Source: an uncultured Alphaproteobacteria bacterium
Lineage (GTDB): Bacteria; Pseudomonadota; Alphaproteobacteria; JAJFIK01
Direction of reading: 5' to 3'
Length of the DNA stretch: 64,000 bases
NCBI GenBank assembly: GCA_964612085.1
Contig: CAZTCJ010000009.1
Span: forward strand, 3,730-67,729
The position numbers and the translations under genes were made by a program. Numbering within the stretch: the stretch's first letter is position 1; each line of letters opens with the position of its first letter. A model generated the notes under the pieces. The model searched no databases, was not told the origin of the DNA, and saw only the letters and a program-made list of their open reading frames with translations. Positions 62,380 through 64,000 of this stretch are shown here, piece by piece.

Positions 62380-64000
62380 TCACGCGCCGTCGGAGGTCTC
62401 GGCCGGTTCAGAAGCAGGCTCGGACTCGTCCGCCGGAGCGGCGCCGTCTTCGGACGCCGGGGCGGGCTCCTCTGGAGCCGGTTCGGGATCTGCGGGCTGC
62501 GGCGCGGGCTCTTCCTGCGCGGGCTCGGCTTGGGGTGCAGGCGCGGGCTCTTGCGCGGGCTCAACCTGGGGCGCCGGTTCCTGTGCCGCTGCGGGCCGGG
62601 TTTCAGCCGGTTGCGCGGGTGCAGGCTGCGGCGCGGGCGCCGGGGTCTCGACCGGTACCGGCGCAGGCGCGACCGGCTGCGGGCCGATGCTGGCAATGAC
62701 CCGTGTGTTCAGATCGCTGATGAGCTGGTCGAGCTGCAAACGGGCCCGGGCGCTTGCCAGCCAGATCTCAGCCGCCGCCGCGCTGTTCCCGTCAAGCTTG
62801 GCCAACTCTTCCGTTGCCGCAACAAGATTGCCTTCTTCCAGGCGGCGTTCCGTACGCGCCACAATGGCGGGCACCGTGTCGCCTTCGACCTCGCCCACGG
62901 GCCGGACCGTCACGGTGGAAAGCACATTGGCCCACAGTTTCGACCAGACGGTGTCTTCCGGCACGGATCCGTCGGCCCGGTAGATGTCGCGGGCCACGGC
63001 CTCGAACTGGTTGGACAAGGTCGCCACCGACGCGATGCCGCGCTCGGCGAAAACATCGAGTGCTTCCACCTGTGGATCGTTCGGCGCCAGAATATCGAGC
63101 GCTTCAAGCTCCGCCGCGAAGGGACGGGAATCCTGGGACGCGCGGGTCAGATTGGCGAGCGCCACCGCAAGGGCCGCCCGGTGGGCATCGCGGGCCACAT
63201 CGTTGCGCTCCAGCGAGGCAATGCGCCCGGACAAGGCGTCAAGCTCCGTCCCCAGACTGTCCGGCACGGACGTTTCGAGCGCTTCCACCCGGGCGGTCAT
63301 GCGCGCTTCGTTGCGGGCCACTTCGCCGGTGAAGCGGGACAGGCGCGTCTCAATCTGGCCGATGGCATCGTTCAGATCGCTGACGCCGCCTTCGAGCGCG
63401 CTGACATTCGACGAGGCACCGGACCGGCGCGGCGCGGCGGCCAGACGGTCCACCTGCGCGCGCAAGGCTTCAAGCTCGTCCACGCGGGCTTGAATTTGAG
63501 AAAGATCCTGACGCAGACCGCTGGCCACCGCCGGATCGCCGGTGCCCAGTTCGACCGAATCGATCCGGGCTTCAAGCGCGGCGATGCGCGATTCCAGAGC
63601 CGTGCCGGACGGGGTGGTCTCACCGCCGCCCCGGAACAGAATGGCGATGAGGATGACGCCGACCACGGCGGCGGTCATGAACAGGACAGGCCGCTTACGC
63701 CAACTGCTGCCCGACGATTCATCTCCGCCGGTGCCGGACGATTGGGCCAGCGGCGCCGAGGCGGGCGGCGTCTGTTTCGGGGGCGCTGCGGGCTCGGCCT
63801 GCGCCGTGTTTCCATCATCCGCAGGCGCATGACCATTGGTGCCGTTCGAGCCGTTGGTTCCCTTGGCGCCGGACGCCGACGCGGTGCCGACCGACGGCAC
63901 GGACACGGGCGCGGCTTTAACGTCTTCTTTTGCGGGCGCGGCGGATTTGGTCTCGGCGGCTTCGCTGGAGGGCTCTGGCTTGTCCGCCGCCTTGGCGGGC
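62380..64000 (-). CDS. alphaproteobacterial Mic60/mitofilin-like (HemX-position) membrane protein, 5' end probably beyond the window
   Basis: The frame stays open upstream of the track's GTG (63906) to the window edge. One TM (VLFMTAAVVGVILIAILF), long coiled-coil, a mitofilin-like block (...RTERRLEEGNLVAATEELAKLDGNSAAAAEIWLASARARLQLDQ), and a position next to hemY. Confidence 0.7.
   Translation of the reverse strand, partial: PAKAADKPEPSSEAAETKSAAPAKEDVKAAPVSVPSVGTASASGAKGTNGSNGTNGHAPADDGNTAQAEPAAPPKQTPPASAPLAQSSGTGGDESSGSSWRKRPVLFMTAAVVGVILIAILFRGGGETTPSGTALESRIAALEARIDSVELGTGDPAVASGLRQDLSQIQARVDELEALRAQVDRLAAAPRRSGASSNVSALEGGVSDLNDAIGQIETRLSRFTGEVARNEARMTARVEALETSVPDSLGTELDALSGRIASLERNDVARDAHRAALAVALANLTRASQDSRPFAAELEALDILAPNDPQVEALDVFAERGIASVATLSNQFEAVARDIYRADGSVPEDTVWSKLWANVLSTVTVRPVGEVEGDTVPAIVARTERRLEEGNLVAATEELAKLDGNSAAAAEIWLASARARLQLDQLISDLNTRVIASIGPQPVAPAPVPVETPAPAPQPAPAQPAETRPAAAQEPAPQVEPAQEPAPAPQAEPAQEEPAPQPADPEPAPEEPAPASEDGAAPADESEPASEPAETSDGA
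62395..62690 (-). repeat. coding low-complexity Pro/Ala/Glu/Gln-rich degenerate tandem repeats
   Basis: PAPVPVETPAPAPQPAPAQPAETRPAAAQEPAPQVEPAQEPAPAPQAEPAQEEPAPQPADPEPAPEEPAPA, encoded by degenerate GCGCGGGCTC/GGTTC-type units. Confidence 0.7.

Noticed and set aside
1-64000. A window-wide look for CRISPR arrays, rRNA, IS/transposase, integrase, phage structural genes, toxin-antitoxin pairs and restriction-modification genes.
   Set aside because: None was found. The only tandem repeats are coding: RTX nonapeptides at 57065-57900, and Pro/Ala-rich tails at 62395-62690.

Overview
This is a high-GC (about mid-60s % by eye) alphaproteobacterial chromosomal segment. Gene content and order look Rhodospirillales-like: aroK-aroB, xerD, accA, secA, argJ, rpoE-chrR, rlmN, argG, folD, and a mic60-like gene next to hemY. 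I can support about 60 protein genes and two tRNAs: tRNA-Ala(CGC) at 39554-39629 (+) and tRNA-Thr(CGT) at 60417-60492 (-). I saw no rRNA, CRISPR array, IS element, integrase or prophage. Most of the window is ordinary housekeeping or accessory metabolism. Many long ORFs in the six-frame track are antisense shadows typical of GC-rich DNA.

Five things stand out:
1. Best candidate for an undescribed system: a visibly AT-rich islet of about 3.2 kb immediately 3' of tRNA-Ala. It carries a tightly coupled three-gene cassette. The genes encode a membrane-anchored protein with a divergent gamma-glutamyl-cyclotransferase (GGCT/YtfP-like) domain, a soluble GGCT/YtfP-like protein, and a GCS2/YbdK-type carboxylate-amine ligase. 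A Nudix hydrolase gene follows.
2. A perfect sigma54 -24/-12 promoter on the minus strand (44863-44877). It drives a highly structured, apparently non-coding transcript of about 270 nt that ends at a strong intrinsic terminator.
3. A nested-stem leader plus intrinsic terminator upstream of a DUF1302-DUF1329-BNR envelope operon.
4. An AT-rich intergenic region of about 450 bp with two perfect, inverted DnaA boxes.
5. A BNR-repeat / CIA30 / MoaD-like (C-terminal Gly-Gly) operon next to tRNA-Thr.

All family assignments come from reading motifs in the translations. No database search was possible.
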